A DNA stretch of 64,000 bases from Thalia democratica (Eukaryota), in assembly GCA_965202585.1 (NCBI GenBank), contig OZ241829.1, forward strand, positions 63,550,001-63,614,000, written 5' to 3'. The notes beneath the pieces were generated by a model. It saw only the letters and a list, made by a program, of their open reading frames with translations. It was not told the origin of the DNA and searched no databases. Positions 1-12,700 of this stretch are shown one piece after another. The first letter of the stretch is position 1. Every line of letters begins with the position of its first letter. The position numbers were made by a program, and so were the translations under genes.

Positions 1-336
1 TTTTTAATTCTTCATTTGTTAAGATCTATTTTAACAGTTTTATATCGTAATATAGCTAAAAATGTAGAAGTGAAAACAAAAAAAAAACTAGCTTTTTAGA
101 TTTCTTCTACAAAAAATTTGAAACTTTGAATCTTAATACTGAAAATTTAATATTTTTAAATAAAAGATAAAAATAGTATATTAAAAACTGCAACAAACTA
201 AAAGTATGAGTTGTTTTGAGTTTAATATAATTCTTTTTGTTGATATAAAATAGATACTGAACATTATCTATAAATTGCACAGAGAAAATGTTTATAGGTA
301 TTAATTGTTATACTTAGTCGACTAATTATTTGTAGT

Positions 337-640
337 TTAAGGCCATAGGGGGGTAACCATGTTTTTAGAAGTTGATCTTATGTTATAGAATTCTTTCTAA
401 GCTTTAAGATGCTTTTTATGGTTTTAAAAAATTGAAATTATTTTTTGAGATTTGACCAGTCAACGTCGGGCTACATAATAGGTTCCCTATGGAAAGGGAA
501 AACTAAAACAGCAAAAAAGACTGTTTTGTTTAAAATTTATCTCCTCTTACATTTTTCAATTATCTTCTTCAAACTTTCACAGTCTAATCTTTATACAATA
601 ACAAAAAAAAACATTACTTGTGAACTTAAAAAATTTCTAG
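337..640. mobile_element. TTAA-flanked non-autonomous DNA element end (Kolobok-like), truncated
   Basis: Begins TTAA|GGCCATAGGGG (337-350). About 340-520 resembles the reverse complement of 30690-30856 (ends CCCCTATGTCC|TTAA). The internal motif AATAGGTTCC(C)TATGGAAAG near 478 recurs near 31582. Confidence 0.45.
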
Positions 641-650
641 TAAAAAATAT

Positions 651-2377
651 ATGTTAGAAAAAAATAAAAAAGATTTTTTTATTTTTTTTTTATTTTTTTT
701 AAATTTTGCAAAGCTTAGGCCAGAAGTAGATGTTTTGTATAACGTAATGCAAATCACTAATTTAATTGTGCAAAAAGTTAAACAACATGTGAAAAATTTC
801 CAATATGCTGTTAAAAGAGTTCGTAATTGTAGTGTTACAGATCATGCAAAAATATGCCTCTTTTTTTCCGCAAAAGAAGTTTGTGACAGTGTAAAGGTAA
901 ATGTTGCTAAAAGATTTAACTTTTCAGAACACTTGAGAATATTGCAGTTATTTTAGAAAACTTGTATTCGTTTTATTAAAAATTTTTTTCCTTCTGACCT
1001 TATCGAAGCAGTGAACAATTTTTATCCTGTTGTAGATTGTAAAAAGCTATAAACCGAATTAATAGTTATTTACAATCGACAAGAAATGCACAAAAGGGAA
1101 TTATTAAAAAATCTTCTGTACATTAAGAATAACAATCTTTCTGATAGTTTTTGTGAAAGTATAAAACTTCTAGAAACTCTAATAACTATACCTATGTGTT
1201 CAACTGAAGCTGAAAGGACATTTTTATCTTTAAAGAGAATAAAAACGTATTTACGAAATACCATGGGTCAGTCTAGATTAAACTCCCTAAGCGTTATTTC
1301 TGTTGGTAGAGACTTAATTAAAAAATGTAGTGGTTTTAATGAGGAAGTTATGAATTTATTTATAAACAAAAAAGATAGAAGGATAGATTTTCATTACAAA
1401 GGTTGAAAATAAGCATTTAAGTTTTTGTTTAGGACAAACATAGGTTTTTATTTGTAATTACTTTAGCTTTTGATAAATATGACATGTTTCAGATATATGT
1501 TTTTTATTATTAGATATTATTACTTGTAGTTTGTTTTACAAATTCTATGCTTTGTCTGACTTAAATTACATTTTATTTTGTTATTATTTTCGAAAATGTT
1601 TAGCTATTTTATATATTATATACATTTTATATAAAAAATTTTGCTTTTGTAGATATTCAGATATTAATATGTTTTGTAGATAGATATCTGTTCTTTAGCT
1701 ATTCAATTTTACTGTTGTTAAGTCTTACGTTTCGAACTTGCCATAAAACTGTTTTTCATTATGTCATGTGTTCTACATTTTTCATTAAATGTTTCTTTTA
1801 TGACAAGTTTTGATTTGTATTTTATAAAAATTAAAAAAACAATAAGCTAAGTTCACCTTGCTTTAACTTTGTTATAATTCAGATTTAATTTTTTAGCATT
1901 AATACCTAAATTACATTAAATAAGCAAGCAATCTATTCTATTTATAACATTTCAGTTTCTTTTACTAAAAAATAATTTTGTGTAACACATAATATGCAAT
2001 GAGGTGTTGTTATCACTGTTGTATTGCATATTTAAGAGATTGATTTCTTTTTTCTTAAATAAAGCAAGTTGCAACATATTTTTAAAGATATAAAGTTTAC
2101 TGTAAATAGTAAAAACAATTTTTGTATAGAAAGTTTACATCTGTGCAAGTATAAGTAATTTCTATAAAATTTATACCTTTTTTTAATTGTTTAATTTTAT
2201 AGTATGAAGTATATTTTTAAACATTTGCTTCGAACTTATTTTACTTGATGAACTTATTTCAATTGTATTACTTATAAAAAGATCTTTTTATAGCTAATTA
2301 CAAAAAGATTAATTTAGGGGATTTTTTGAGAAATAAAATTGCGCACCCCCTTACCAAAACACCACGCTACGCAACTG
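651..2377 (+). mobile_element. Decayed hAT transposon (ZMYM1-like transposase C-terminal half plus right end)
   Basis: ORF 1086-1406 has the hAT dimerisation motif TIPMCSTEAERTFLSLKRIKTYLRNTMGQSRLNSLSVIS. ORF 651-956 continues upstream with stops and frameshifts. Right terminus ACCACGCTACGCAACTG ends at 2377 (reverse complement CAGTTGCGTAGCGTG, hAT-like TIR). Confidence 0.85.
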
Positions 2378-2486
2378 GTAAGTAGAGATAAGTATGAATA
2401 TAGTAGAAGTGATATTGTTAACTGAGTATGTGATAAACGCAGTTACATGAAATGTAAAATTTAAACAATTCAAATCCTTAAAACAA

Positions 2487-3310
2487 TGTTTGAAGGGCAC
2501 AACTCAAAAAATAGTATATATTGGAAAAATAATACACTCCTTTGAATTCAAATAATAAGATTATGATAGCAAAAAAAGGATAAAAAATAGAACACTAATA
2601 TCTACTAAAAAAACTTCATTTTAGTAACTTTTGAAAATTAAAGACATATTTCAAAAAATAGTTAACATTTTTATAAAATAAGAGACGTTAACTATTTTTG
2701 TTAAATTAGTTAAAAGATTATGAAGGCAAAATACAACCTTTAATAAGAAACTTGTAAAAATTTTTTCAAGTTTTGCTTCAAAAGCTACACAGTAATCAAA
2801 AAGTCTAAATGATTTACTAATGCTACTTAAAAACTTTTTTTTTTTTGTTTGATCAGATAAGATATCAATCTTTTTGTTAAAACACCTTTAATTATTTTAA
2901 GTTTTTTTAAAAGCTTTGATATAAAGCTACTTTAGCATGGAAATTTAAAGAGAATTACAAATCATTATCATTGTTGAAACGAAGTTTGTTCATAATAGTA
3001 AGTTTAGTATTAAGAAAAAGTTTTAAAGTTTAGTCTACAAAAATTTTATTTAATCTTCTAATTTTATATAGTAAACATTAAAACAGAATTTGAAACCTGA
3101 TCGTTTAGTTTTTCTTTATTTAGATATTTGCAATTCTTTGTTTGGCAGTTGTATAAAATATTACTTTTAATAACAAATTAACTAAACACCGAGTTCGAAA
3201 GTATTTTAAATAAATTGTATATGAAACGTAAATTTTTTCTGCATATAAATAATCTTCTATAGGAGCACCACAAGTCATTAGTAAAAGTTAATAAAGGCAA
3301 AGTAGAAGTA
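2487..3310. repeat. Dispersed repeat, related to 26452-27120
   Basis: Shared collinear blocks: CACAACTCAAAAA..TATATTGGAAAAA (about 2498 / 26465), ATAAAGCTACTTTAGCATGGAA (about 2921 / 26711), TATAAATA..TTCTA..GAGCA..ACAA (about 3244 / 27054). Confidence 0.7.
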
Positions 3311-3720
3311 AAACTAGTTATAACAAAAAAAAATGTTGAATCTTTTCTATTTCAAATAAAAAATCATCAAAACTGACTTAAAGTAACTTGGCGATAAAAT
3401 ATTTGTGCAACTTACTAATTTAATAATATTCTATAAAAACAACAGTTTAATCCTATGTAATGTATATATTAAAAAAAAAACAACACTAAAGCAATATTAA
3501 AGAAAAAAAAGTAAAAATTAAAAGTTAGTATCAAATATATTTATTTTAGTAATTAAGTTAAACTAACAAATTCCAAAAAATTTTAACAAACTTTTGAAAA
3601 AAAAGAAAATTTTAACAAAACTAGTCGGTTTTTTGATCTAAAATGGAATAAAGAGCGAAATTTTATACTAAAAAGCTAATACAGGCAGTGTTTTGAAATT
3701 TTTGTAATTGCTTTAAACAC

Positions 3721-6700
3721 TCAAAAAGACAAATGAAGTTTTTCTAATTCTTCATTGGAGCTGCATGAAGATATTTGCAGATTGGATCTCGTTTCCAGAC
3801 TTTGAGTTTTCTTCAGTTCAGTTTTCGTTCTTTGGAAGGCTCTGAAAAGTAAAGATTTAATTTTCAAGCAGACTTGAGAACTTGCAATTAAAAAAAAAAC
3901 TTTATTCTTAGTTTTCGATTTTTACAACTATACTGTATAACTTACTTGTAAGTTATTTATATAAATAACAAAGTTATAAGGGATGTTTTAAATATATTTT
4001 TTTAATACTTGCTATGTTCGACTATGATGCTTTGTTCCAATGCGAGTAAATTTATGTAGAACGATGCTCAAGTGTTAGCTAAATAATATGAATGTCATTA
4101 GCAAGAATTTGAAACACAACGTTTTCAATTAGTTCAAATTTTTTATCAGTTATTAAATTTTTACTTTTATTGAAATTTTATGACTATTATCTACAATCTA
4201 TTTGAACAAGAGTCACAATTTGAAAATCCGTTCGCGCTGAAACTCAATAACCGTATATATTCTTCAATAACTATTTTTTTAATTATTTACAACAACCTTG
4301 CAGTCTTGGCTCTTTGCTGCCTTTTGTCCCACACGTGGTAGGAAGTTGCGACAGCCAGCGGCACGACCCCAAGGCCCAACAAAAAACCCCCTACTATGAA
4401 CATGACGAAGACGCTGTCGTGGGTCGAAGTCTTCTGCACTTTGAACTGGCCGCAAACCTTTGAATTAAAATTCGGTTTTTGATCGAATCAATGTTTATGT
4501 TTTTAATCGCGGCAAAAAAAAAAAAAAGAAAAGAACTAGTTTTTCTCTACTTATTTGTGCTAGTTTATTACATAAATAGGTCTAAAAAACTTGAAAAAGA
4601 AAAGCATTGTTATGTTAAAAACATTTAATAGTGATTCTTGACTGCTTTTTTAGTTTTTAAAAGTTTATTCAACAAAAAACTCATTCTTTTAAACCTTTAT
4701 TTACAAAAAAGAATGAAATAAATTTAAATGTTTAATTCATGTACTTTAATAAACAGTAATGAACAACAAAGTTCTATAACTGTAAAATTTAAAAGCAAGT
4801 ATTAACTAACTTAAGATGTACAAAATTTTATTATAGGTTTTTCACATAAATATATTTTTATACTTAACAACATGATTCGAAATCATTGACAGGTATTGAA
4901 GCTTTACACTGGGTCTCTTATACTTGCTAGAATACATAATTAAAATTTGCATGAAAATTTTAGCAAAATGTACCCCTCTTTTCTTTTCAGGTAATATGAC
5001 GCAACAAATGAACGAAGATGAGTGAGAATTGATCATTATTGAGTATATTTGTCTTTTCTTCCTCTTTTTCAAGTTCACTCTCATCATCTTAGATCCGAAT
5101 GTGTGACAAACTGTCATCTGTAACATTACGTACATTATGACATCATACCTACTTTTAATGTTTAAACAAGGTATAAAATCATATTAAAAAAGGTTTGGCT
5201 GGATAAAAACTATTTAAAAGATAGTGAGCTTTTTCATGCTTGTTAATTAATAGTACAGTTTAGAAACAGTTATTTGGGTAAAAGTTTGTTTTAGGTTCAC
5301 TTTCATTGTGAAAACAAACTTTGTCCGTTATGTTTAAATATATAAGTTAACTATCTTTGTAGTTTAGCTTTGTTTTAAAAACATATTTTAAGGTTTTAGC
5401 TTTCAACATGCATTTTAATAATAAAAAATATCAATATTTAGTTAAGTAAAAGTATTTTCCTTTCAGGCTAGACAAAACCTATGTAAGTCTCTAGGCACTG
5501 AAATATTTATATTGATCAGTATATATCTTTCCCAACTAAATTATAAATTTTTAATGTTAAATGTAATTGACGTAAAAATTTATTAGTAAAACGTCGTTAA
5601 GTTATTAGAAAAAAAAATTGGCTAGAAGTTTTACTTGTTATAAAAAATGCTTATAGTTTCTTGGATTTTTATTTTATTTTAAATAAATTTTTAATACATA
5701 AGTACACAACAGTAAAAAAAAAATTTAAGTACAAGAGTTATGAAACTGTATTTTTTAATATCTTGGAAAACTTTGGAAGTATTGTTTTAAAGTTAAATTA
5801 CTACATTACTCTATATGTAATTAACAATAGTAATTTAGAAAGTTTGTGAATATTTACAGTACACTATACGTATAAATTAAACGAAAGGAAAAATATATAG
5901 AAACAACTATTAGTAAAATGGATGTATTTAGATGTTTAACTACAACTATATTACTTAGCTTGAATCGAAAACTATTGAGAAAAAGTCATTTAGAAAGTGA
6001 GCTTTATTAATATTTAACAATTAAGTTTTGTTTTAAATGCATAATAGACGAATAAATTAAAAGTAAAATAATAATAAAAAACAGCAGGTTAAGTGAAAAC
6101 ATCTTTAGTTGTACTCAGTATATAATTATATAACTTATCGAAACTTTTATCTTTAAACCACATTGAAGAGTTGCTTACAAAAGTAAATGTAAAACCTAGC
6201 ATAACAAATTAATTATACATTGTTTTTTTATGTTTGTAGATTTAAAAAAAAAACTAAAAAGGTGAGTTTTGAAAATAAGTTAGAATACTTTTACAAGTTA
6301 AAACACAAACAAAACAAAATATTTAAGTTTTTCTACAACTTATTCAAAATTTAAGTTTTTGTTTGTTACTAATATAAATAACGATCCAATACTTTTCATA
6401 AAAGTTTTAATACATTTTCACTGAAACTGTTCAGAAAACTACTGCAGACATTTAAAATAAAACAATAAACTTTAGAAAATTACTTAAGTGATTAGTTAGA
6501 TTGCTATGAAAAAACATTTAAAAAAACTTTAGATTGTTTACATAATCTGTTTACTTTCTATTTACATAGTTCAGGTTTATTAATAAATACTGAGAACCAA
6601 ATCATTGAGTTTATACAATTGTTAATAACTTTAAATATCGATAAATCATAGCACAACCGACGTTATTAATCAGATGTTTTGCTATCGAAGATCTTTTTGT

Positions 6701-9700
6701 CGCATTTATAACAGTTTTGTCTTATTACTAGTCGTTCCTTTTATGAACTTTTATATAAATTTAGGTACATGTTCATTCACTCTCGTTTTTAGATGGTTTT
6801 GTTTTTTTTGTATTTTACTAAAGTATATAAAACTAGTAAAATGTTATGCAATTTTTTACTTTTGTACTGAATAGTTTTTGAAATCAGAATAAGAAGGAAA
6901 TAAAAAAATTTAAACGATTTTCCACTAACTAAAACTAAACCCTAGATGGATTTTAACAAACCAAACTTTCAAACAACTGCTAATTTCAGTAGTTTGTTCA
7001 GCGAAAAGTGTTTATCTCCAGTGTTTTACTTGTCTAAAACGCTTTTAGTGTTGCACTTAGTGGTTATTCATGCCTTAAATTTCGTCAACTTAGTAATAGT
7101 AGTTTTATTTTGAAGAGTGTTTCAGATATTCAAGCGTCAGCAGTTTTATTTCTAAAATGTCTAGGGAATTTACTGTTTTGCTAGTTGAAAATTAAAACGC
7201 AAAAAACATCGGTTGATTTTTACCCCGTGTTAACTTTGTTGCAGACATTTGTTTCTAGTTTGAATTAACTTTTCAATCTCTTTGATGGGATTTGTTTTGG
7301 TTTAGAAAATAGTAAACTGCTTCAACTGATTGCTTGGAAAAAAATTGGCCCGAGCAGATGTTTAATTTGCTAAAAAGATCAAAGAAATGATAAATCAAGT
7401 ATAGGAAATGTGTTGTACTTAGTTACAGTACAACAATCGTTTTTATATTTAGTTATCGAATTTAAAAATATAAGCTAAATTGGGATGATAGTTGGTCTAA
7501 TAAACGTTTATGTAAACCTAAATACATTTTGCATTGTTCAGTAATTAGTATCTGTAAACTCAAAAATCTGGTACGTTTAGCTTTAATTAGTCAATAAAAA
7601 CAAAGTTACAAACTATACTAAACTGCCATAGAAAAAGTTCTAATAAAATCCTTAAGTAGATTTAATGTTTAAGTAAGTTGTAACGTTTGTTATAATTGTA
7701 ATACCTTATTTAAAAGTTACACTTAAACGTATATTTTCGAGTATAATAACATAATTTACTTTTCAGAATCTATAAATACATTGCTTATTCACTTATCCGG
7801 ACGCTCACTTATCCGGACAGTTTTGGTCAGAAGAAATTTTAAATAAATTTCAAAAGTAAACACAAAAATTTATTCAAACAGTTTCGCAACTTTTTAAAAT
7901 CCGTGAGTTTTCTGCGGAAGGAAAACTATAAAACAAACGTCTATTATTTCTAATTTTAGTAAAACTTTCGATAAAAACTAGTTTGTTAGGAGTGATATGT
8001 TTCCGTTAAGTTGACTTTAAACTTAGTAAAAGTTTCCTGTTTTCTTTCTGCCTGTTTTTTTTTAATTAAAAAAAGTCTTTCATTTCATTTAAAGAGATAA
8101 GTTTACATTATTTTTTGTTTTTAAAGATAAATTTAATTTATATTTTCTCTTAAACAAAAATTAATATTTTTAAAATTAATAGTTAGGGCAAAACAAAAGG
8201 AATTACAAATGATGAATTTTACTTGCTTGACTTATAAAAAATGTATATATTTGAAGAGGATTAGTAAGTCTATTGTTTTTCTACCATAGAAAAAATAAAC
8301 TAATTAACCTTAAGCTTAGCTTTTATTATTTATCATTTTGTTATATAAAACTTACAATTACTATGTATTTGTTTTTACCATAACACTTTTATTATGCATT
8401 GCATTATATGTAGTGATGTACCGGACTCACTATCCGGGTCCGGGTCCGGCCGGATATTGCCATTTTTGTCTGATATCCGGATCCGGCCGGACTCTAATTT
8501 GAAAAAAAAGTCCGGATCCGGTTCCGGCCGGATTCTGATTTGAAAAAAAAGTCCGGATCCGGTTCCGGCCGGATTCTAATTTGAAAAAAAAGTCCGGATC
8601 CGGTTCCGGCCGGATCCTAACAAATATCCGGCCGGACCCGGATCTAGTTAGTAAAAAAGAGCATACTGAAAAGTATTTTTTCAAAAACAAACCCTGTGTA
8701 AATTAATAACAGTCATTTTCGTCAGTTAAAATTAAACACCTACCGTGATTTTCTAATTTAGTACACGTGACTAATTTACATTTGTTTGCATTTAAACTAT
8801 AAATAAACATTTCATGAAATGAAACTCTTTACATATGTTGTAAAATTGAAAACTTTGGAACGAATACTTGCATTATTTATTGTTTAAAGTTGAGCTCAGA
8901 GAATATTTAGAATTAAAACGGTTGAATGTACGAGCCAATGAGAATCATTCTACGAAATGTTTCAAACTAAATACTGATGCAACGAAACATCAGAACATGA
9001 CAGGCAGTTTATATGTAAGCAGTTAGTTAGTTTAGTGTGTAGCTTGAAGCAACAAAATATCTTGAACGTTTTTGTGAATGCTTATTGTAAGTAGTGTTTT
9101 GTTTTAAAAGTGAATATTTCAACAGGTGTTTAATTGTTTAAATATTTAAGCCAGGTTTATAGTTTAATAGTTTATCAAAAATTTTACAGTTTCTTGTTTA
9201 CTAAAAGTTTTATTTAATTTTAAGATTTTTGTTTTAAGTCTTTTGATATAGATTTAAATAGCTTCCAGTTTTTAAAGTGTTACCAAAGTAATTAATAATT
9301 TTGTATCTGCTAGTATTTCTTGTTGTGGTTTATATAAAAGATTCATCACTCAAAACTGTCGTGTCTGATTATAGAAAGTAGTCTCAGTTAGAATTTAGTA
9401 TTTGTTAGATATTAATTAAATAATTTAGGATTTAATTATGATGGGTAGTACTAATAAGTTAAGTGTACCACAATCAGTCCACAACTTTACTACCAAATTG
9501 TCAACCTTTGCTAGCTGTTCTACTGATTATTAGATTTAAGTTTTTTTTTTCAGTATTTTTAAAAACCTCATTCTGACTCAGGCTTGTTTATTTTCACTCT
9601 AGCTAGTTTTATTGACTTAAACAGTGGCAACCCTGCTATTTTGAAAGTTTTTGAAAAATTTAGAAAATCTTGGACTGCCTCAGGCTAGTTTAGTTTTTAT

Positions 9701-12700
9701 ATAAACTCAGGCTAGTTTTCTTTTAGATTTTAATTGAGTTTGAGCTGATCCAGTTTTCAATATTTTGTAATTTTCTAGTGTATTTTGTTCAAGAACTTGA
9801 TTTCAGATTTTTAAAAGTAAATAACACCTAAATTTGTAAACCTCTTGGCTAGCTGTTCTACTTATTATTAGATTAAAGTTCTTTTTTTTTCAGTTTTCAA
9901 AAACCTCATTCTGACTCAGGCTAGTTTATTCTAGTGATGTACTGGACTCACTATCCGGGTCCGGGTCCGGCCGGATATTGCCATTTTTGTCTGATATCCG
10001 GATCCGGCCGGATTCTAATTTGAAAAAAAAGTCCGGATCCGGTTCCGGCCGGACTCTAATTTGAAAAAAAAAGTCCGGATCCGGTTCCGGCCGGATTCTA
10101 GTTTGAAAAAAAAGTCCGGATCCGGTTCCGGCCGGATTCTAATTTGAAAAAAAAGTCCGGATCCGGGTCCGGCCGGACCCAAAATTGTGGGTCCGGTACA
10201 TCACTAATTATATGCAGCAGTTAAATTATTATATGAAAAAAATAATTTTTTGTAGTTATCCGGACACGTTTACAGAAAAATTTTGCCCAACGTGTCCGGA
10301 TAAGTGATTAAGCACTGTGTGTGACATTACAACTAAGAAATCTTGTGAAAAATGGCACGAAAGTTGTTTCGACCTGTAATTAGTTGTAAAAAACTTTTAT
10401 CGATGTTTGCTTCAACTAGTGGTTAAAATTCGTACGTTATGTACATAAGAAAATAAACACTATGGAGAAAAAATACCGGTAAAAGGAATGAAAGTTATGA
10501 ATGATTTATACGCTACGTAAATTTTTTAATGATTTTCTCTTTTCTAACGCTAGTTACCATAGTAACTAATTCAAGTGTATATTAAACAAGATTGAAAGGT
10601 TAGGTTTATTCCGCCCGGCTTTAGTACTTTATTGTTTTTATTTTCGAAACAAAATAGCTTCTATTTTGACAAATATGTAGTTTAGATACAAAAAAACTTG
10701 CTTAATATATATTTTAGACGTTATAAAAAAGGTCAAAAAAGTCTTTTTGTTTCAATAAAAACTTATTTTTGTATTATAAAGCTTAAGTTATTGTGAACAA
10801 AAAAAATCGCACAGAGTTATTAAAAGTACAAAAGATGAAATTTTAAGACTTATGTTAAAATATGCCTAATATAGGTGTCTTAAAGTATGGTTTTAAGAAA
10901 ATACTCAAGTAGTTACAAACCATCTGGGAATAATAACCTTTTAAAGCTGCGGTTCTACTCTAATGTATGAAAAAAAAAACATATAAAAGTTTAATTAGCG
11001 ACTTATTTATTTACTAATGCTTCTTTTATTTTCTTTTTTTTAACTCAATTAAACTAGCTTTTAATTGGCTTAGTATTTTTCGTTACTTTAGAAACCAAAA
11101 AAATAATAATTTTACCTCTCTCTTTAAAACTTTTGATCTGAAAAAATCAACGTCTACTGCATTGTGTTCATTGTGAAGTTGCATGGAAACTTTTAAATAT
11201 TCATCCAACTTGTAACTGTTTAAAATAAGCTTAATTAAATGATAGCTAACGAAGTTGAACAAAATAAGAATTAAAATATGATCTTTGAAGATAGTAAGAA
11301 TAAAAAAGATATGTAAATAAATGTTACAACCTCTAAAAACAAAAAAGAGCTACTATAAGTTTTTTAGTTGTATATAAATTTTTATATTAATTGTGGTTAC
11401 AAATATTATTTTAATTAAATATAATTTAATTTTTTCCCAAGAAAATATAACTGATCTGTATTCTATTTTTTTTTTTAGTTATTAGAAATATTAATGCAAC
11501 ATCAAACTTTTCAAAACTTATTAAAAATTAAAATAAATAACACGAAATATTTTTTCAATTATTAAAAAAAAAACTATTCTGTTTTCTCAAACAAACAATT
11601 AGCAACTTAAAAGATCCAATAAAACTGACTTTTTAAGTCTATATAAAGTACATGTTTTTAATCAATGTTAGGTTTTATTAGTATTTAGTTTTGTAAACCT
11701 TAAAAGTAGCAATTGGTGGTCTTGTCTCAATTTATAAGAAATCTTTTAATATTGTTGAAGTTAAATTTTCAGCATAACGTCATCTTTAGTTTATAGCAAA
11801 CTTTATTTTATTTGAACAAAATAAACCATATGTTAATACTCATAATTTTACTTTTCTTTTCAAATAACTTACGAGAAATGAGTTGTGTTGGTCTGTTTAT
11901 AAAGAGCCATTTTGAAATCGTCCTCGGCCCCACAAGCTTTATTGAAAAAATTTGTGTACTTTGGTTTCACCGCATGGCCAGCCTTGTCTTTTTTATTTCT
12001 ATCATCATGTTTTTCAGCCAACTTCTTTGAGGTCTGAGTCATTTTTAGTGTTTTATTTTACATTGGTACAAAATTAAAATGATTTGTTAAGTAGATAGAA
12101 GTATACAAAAAAAATGATACCTACACAATTTAAATTTTAATGCATGATTAATTCGAAAAAGTTTGTTGTTTTAATTAATTTCATTATATAAAATAAATTG
12201 TTTTAACGTTTTGAAAGATTTATTTTTTGTAGTTAAATATTATTTTCTTATAAAATCTAATATGTAAACTAATTTGTTTGAAAATAACTGATTCTTTAAA
12301 TAAATAGTTTCACAACAAAGTAAAATACTTATGTAATGTAAAATTAAATCGAATCATGCTAATCAAGTCTCACAATGTTAGCAAGAACATCGACGTCAAT
12401 GGATTTTGAACTTTCAACGCAATCAGCATTGGATGAAGTTGTGTTTTCCGTTGTAAATTTGATGACGTTCGTTGACTTTACTATTTCCATATCAGCGTTA
12501 GTCGTTGCTTTTTTAAAAATAATTAAATTAAGCGTCAATTTTTTTAACCAAATTCATTTAACTATTTATAATAAGTGGCTTTGGTTTTAAATCTATTCTG
12601 TGTGTGTATTAAAGGATATAAATCAGAAACACCTTTTTGAATTTACTATTTCAGGGGTCGGCTTAGTTTTAAGAATTGAAAGCAGTGAAAAAATTGTTGT

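Noticed and set aside
4842-5135. 97-aa ORF as a stand-alone gene
   Set aside because: Only 5117-4974 is supported, as an internal phase 0-0 exon of the receptor gene.
6945-7400. Coding-looking stretch in the receptor's long intron
   Set aside because: Stops occur in all frames on both strands and there is no recognisable motif.
8430-8690. 41-bp repeats resembling a CRISPR array, and the 86-aa minus-strand ORF over them
   Set aside because: The units are contiguous with no unique spacers, no cas genes are present, and they lie inside a TIR/TSD-bounded eukaryotic MITE; the ORF is a repeat artefact.
11812-12590. Plus-strand ORFs 11812-12030 and 12375-12590
   Set aside because: Antisense shadows of two minus-strand receptor exons.
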